A model generated the notes under the pieces. That model was given only the letters and a program-made list of their open reading frames with translations. It did not search any database and was not told the DNA's origin. Made by a program: the position numbers and the translations under genes. DNA of 63,817 nucleotides, the filler included, from Octopus bimaculoides (taxonomy: Eukaryota): the NCBI RefSeq assembly GCF_001194135.2. It is 6 parts of 5 records of this genome, joined end to end, with 100 filler letters (N's around TTAATTAATTAA, not from the genome) between each part and the next. Parts side by side here need not be neighbours in the genome. Positions count along the whole stretch, not along the records: positions 60,036 to 62,415 come from NC_068987.1; positions 62,516 to 63,817 come from NW_026354595.1; 4 more parts are not named here. One strand, given 5' to 3'. Of this stretch, positions 61,930-63,817 are shown one piece after another. The stretch's first letter is position 1. Each line of letters starts with the position of its first letter.

Positions 61930-62150
61930 TGCACCAACTAATGGTATTTCGTATGGTAATTGTCTTTATTAACGATGATTTATAACCCCTACGCATACCT
62001 TAGGAATGAGAACCCAGGTTCGAAATTTCCCCCAAGATACTTGATGTAGGCTGGAGGGTATATCGGCCGAAACTTTGTGTTAACAAGATGAGGACAAATA
62101 TTCGTCAAATGTAAATAATATAAATAATGTACATAAATCCGCTTCTCTTA
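61930..62150 (+). mobile_element. Probable Penelope-like terminal-repeat relic with a degenerate hammerhead core
   Basis: TTGATGT-A-GGCTG(GAGGGTATAT)CGGCC-GAAAC at 62041-62073. The core is mutated from CTGATGA. Confidence 0.5.
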
Positions 62151-62644
62151 AATACAGAACTGTAATATCAGGAATGATCGTCAATAATTACTTGCTTCAT
62201 AAAACTAAGTGTTTTTCCTGCCACAATACTTATTTTTATGATTTCAGTAAAGCGGAAACTTTATTTTTCTTTATCTGGTACATCACTATTCCATTAGCAT
62301 TCAGGTCAGGATTTTATTGTTGTATTTATTTCATTTCACATCAACAAGCAGAATATATTGTTTGGAAATCTTCTAGATAAGAACCACGTGTATCATATAT
62401 ATATATATATATATANNNNNNNNNNNNNNNNNNNNNNNNNNNNNNNNNNNNNNNNNNNNTTAATTAATTAANNNNNNNNNNNNNNNNNNNNNNNNNNNNN
62501 NNNNNNNNNNNNNNNTTGCTTTTTTTTGTTTTTGCGCATGCGTGTGTCTCAGTGTGTGCGTATGTATGTATGCATGTATGTGTGCATGCGCGTGTATGCT
62601 GTAAAGTAGAAGAGTTGTGGACTGTTCTGCTAATCTATGTTTGA

Positions 62645-63817
62645 GTTTTCTGTCCCACCAACAACAATAGTGACAATAACAACAACGACATTCCTCACTC
62701 AGACAACCATAACAATAACAACACAAGTGTACGAAACAGAAACAGAAACAACTATCATAATAGCAACAATGGTAACGATGATGATAACAGCAACAACAAT
62801 AGTGACAATAACAATAACAACAACATTCAGCACTCAGACAACTATAGCAATAACAATAACAGCACAAGTGTTCGAAACGGGAACAACTATTATAATAACA
62901 ACAATAGTAACGATGATGATAGCAACAATAATAACAACATCCCACACACAGACAATGATACCAACCACGTCAACCACACAACTACCAACTACACCACCCA
63001 CAACAATAACAACCACATGCACAACACAAGCACTACCAACACCAACACCAACAACAACAACAACACCAGCAACTATAACAACAACAACAACCACAATGAT
63101 AATAACACCCTACACTCTGCCTTCTACAACCCTAACAACAAATCTTATGACATGACAAGGACCTCCCCCACAAACTTACCCTTTAACAAAATCGACAGTG
63201 AAACAGAAGCAAAGATCTCCTTAGCTAGAAATAGACTCCGACATATCTTAGACCGATACAACAAATCCACTAAAAAACATAGTGAGGAGGGGACCCACCA
63301 GATCAGCTCATCTGTTGACAGAGGCCTACATAAACCGAGACAGCGAATTAGGAACAGAGAATTAGTGTGTCTCCCTACGGACAAGTCTGGCAGACTGTCA
63401 ATAGACAGCCGTCAGAACTATGTCCAGACCATGCAACAACACATCAGTAACATGAGAGAAGTTGCACCACAAGAACATGATAAAGTGGAAAAATCCTCAA
63501 CGCACACATGGGAATGTGGTGCAACATACTCCAACCTACAAAAAGGACAGCACACAATTTCCAAGCTACCAACAACAACAACATTCCTACACTATACGGG
63601 TTACGCAAAGACCACAAACCCTACATAAACCCTGTCATGGGGCCTCCAACCAGACCAGTTTGTGGAGCAAATATCTCCAGCAACTATAGACTGTCCTACT
63701 TCCTCTCACAGGTATTATGACCTCTCATAGAGATGTCTCCAGATGTCTGTGTGAGCACGGAAGATCTTCTCAGTAAAATCAGTACTTGCAACCACTCCAA
63801 CGACCTCACAGGTTGTG
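62645..63817 (+). mobile_element. Penelope-like element RT N-terminal region (pseudogenised), preceded in frame by an Asn-rich low-complexity domain; runs off the window end
   Basis: LVCLPTDKSG, LYGLRKDHK, GPPTRPVCGA, STEDLL. One-base frameshift in the A-run near 63490 and an in-frame TGA at 63718. The reading frame is open from 62645. Confidence 0.85.

Noticed and set aside
62637-63155. Thr-rich mucin-like gene
   Set aside because: It is an alternative frame of the AAC-rich tract. The Asn frame is the one continuous with the PLE RT.
63718-63720. In-frame TGA in the PLE RT as selenocysteine
   Set aside because: The copy also has a frameshift near 63490, no SECIS is visible in the window, and CGA-to-TGA decay is the simpler explanation.

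Overview
AT-rich, gap-containing eukaryotic DNA, most likely an octopus. That assignment is inferred from the SINE families, the microsatellite density and the TTAATTAATTAA gap linkers, not proven. Most of the window is nested, decayed transposable elements: a Ty3/Gypsy gag-integrase derivative inside a >2 kb-arm inverted duplication, restriction-like-endonuclease (RLE) LINEs (R4/Dong-like and HERO-like), RTE LINEs, Penelope-like elements (PLE) with hammerhead-like relics, mariner/pogo/hAT/piggyBac elements and dozens of SINEs. One host coding region is convincing: an uninterrupted minus-strand exon (11452-10559) encoding an HtrL/YibB (WlaTC/HtrL) family protein, a mainly bacterial family. It has a splice acceptor upstream of the ORF-track start, and its first exon was not located. 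A second, unidentified plus-strand gene may begin at 43173 (MSASSYDPK, then a GT donor). Other leads are a perfect 127-bp inverted duplication, an E-box x3/TATA/Inr promoter module followed by hammerhead-like cores, a near-intact minimal hammerhead, and a PLE reverse transcriptase in frame with an Asn-rich domain. No CRISPR array, rRNA or genuine tRNA gene is supported.
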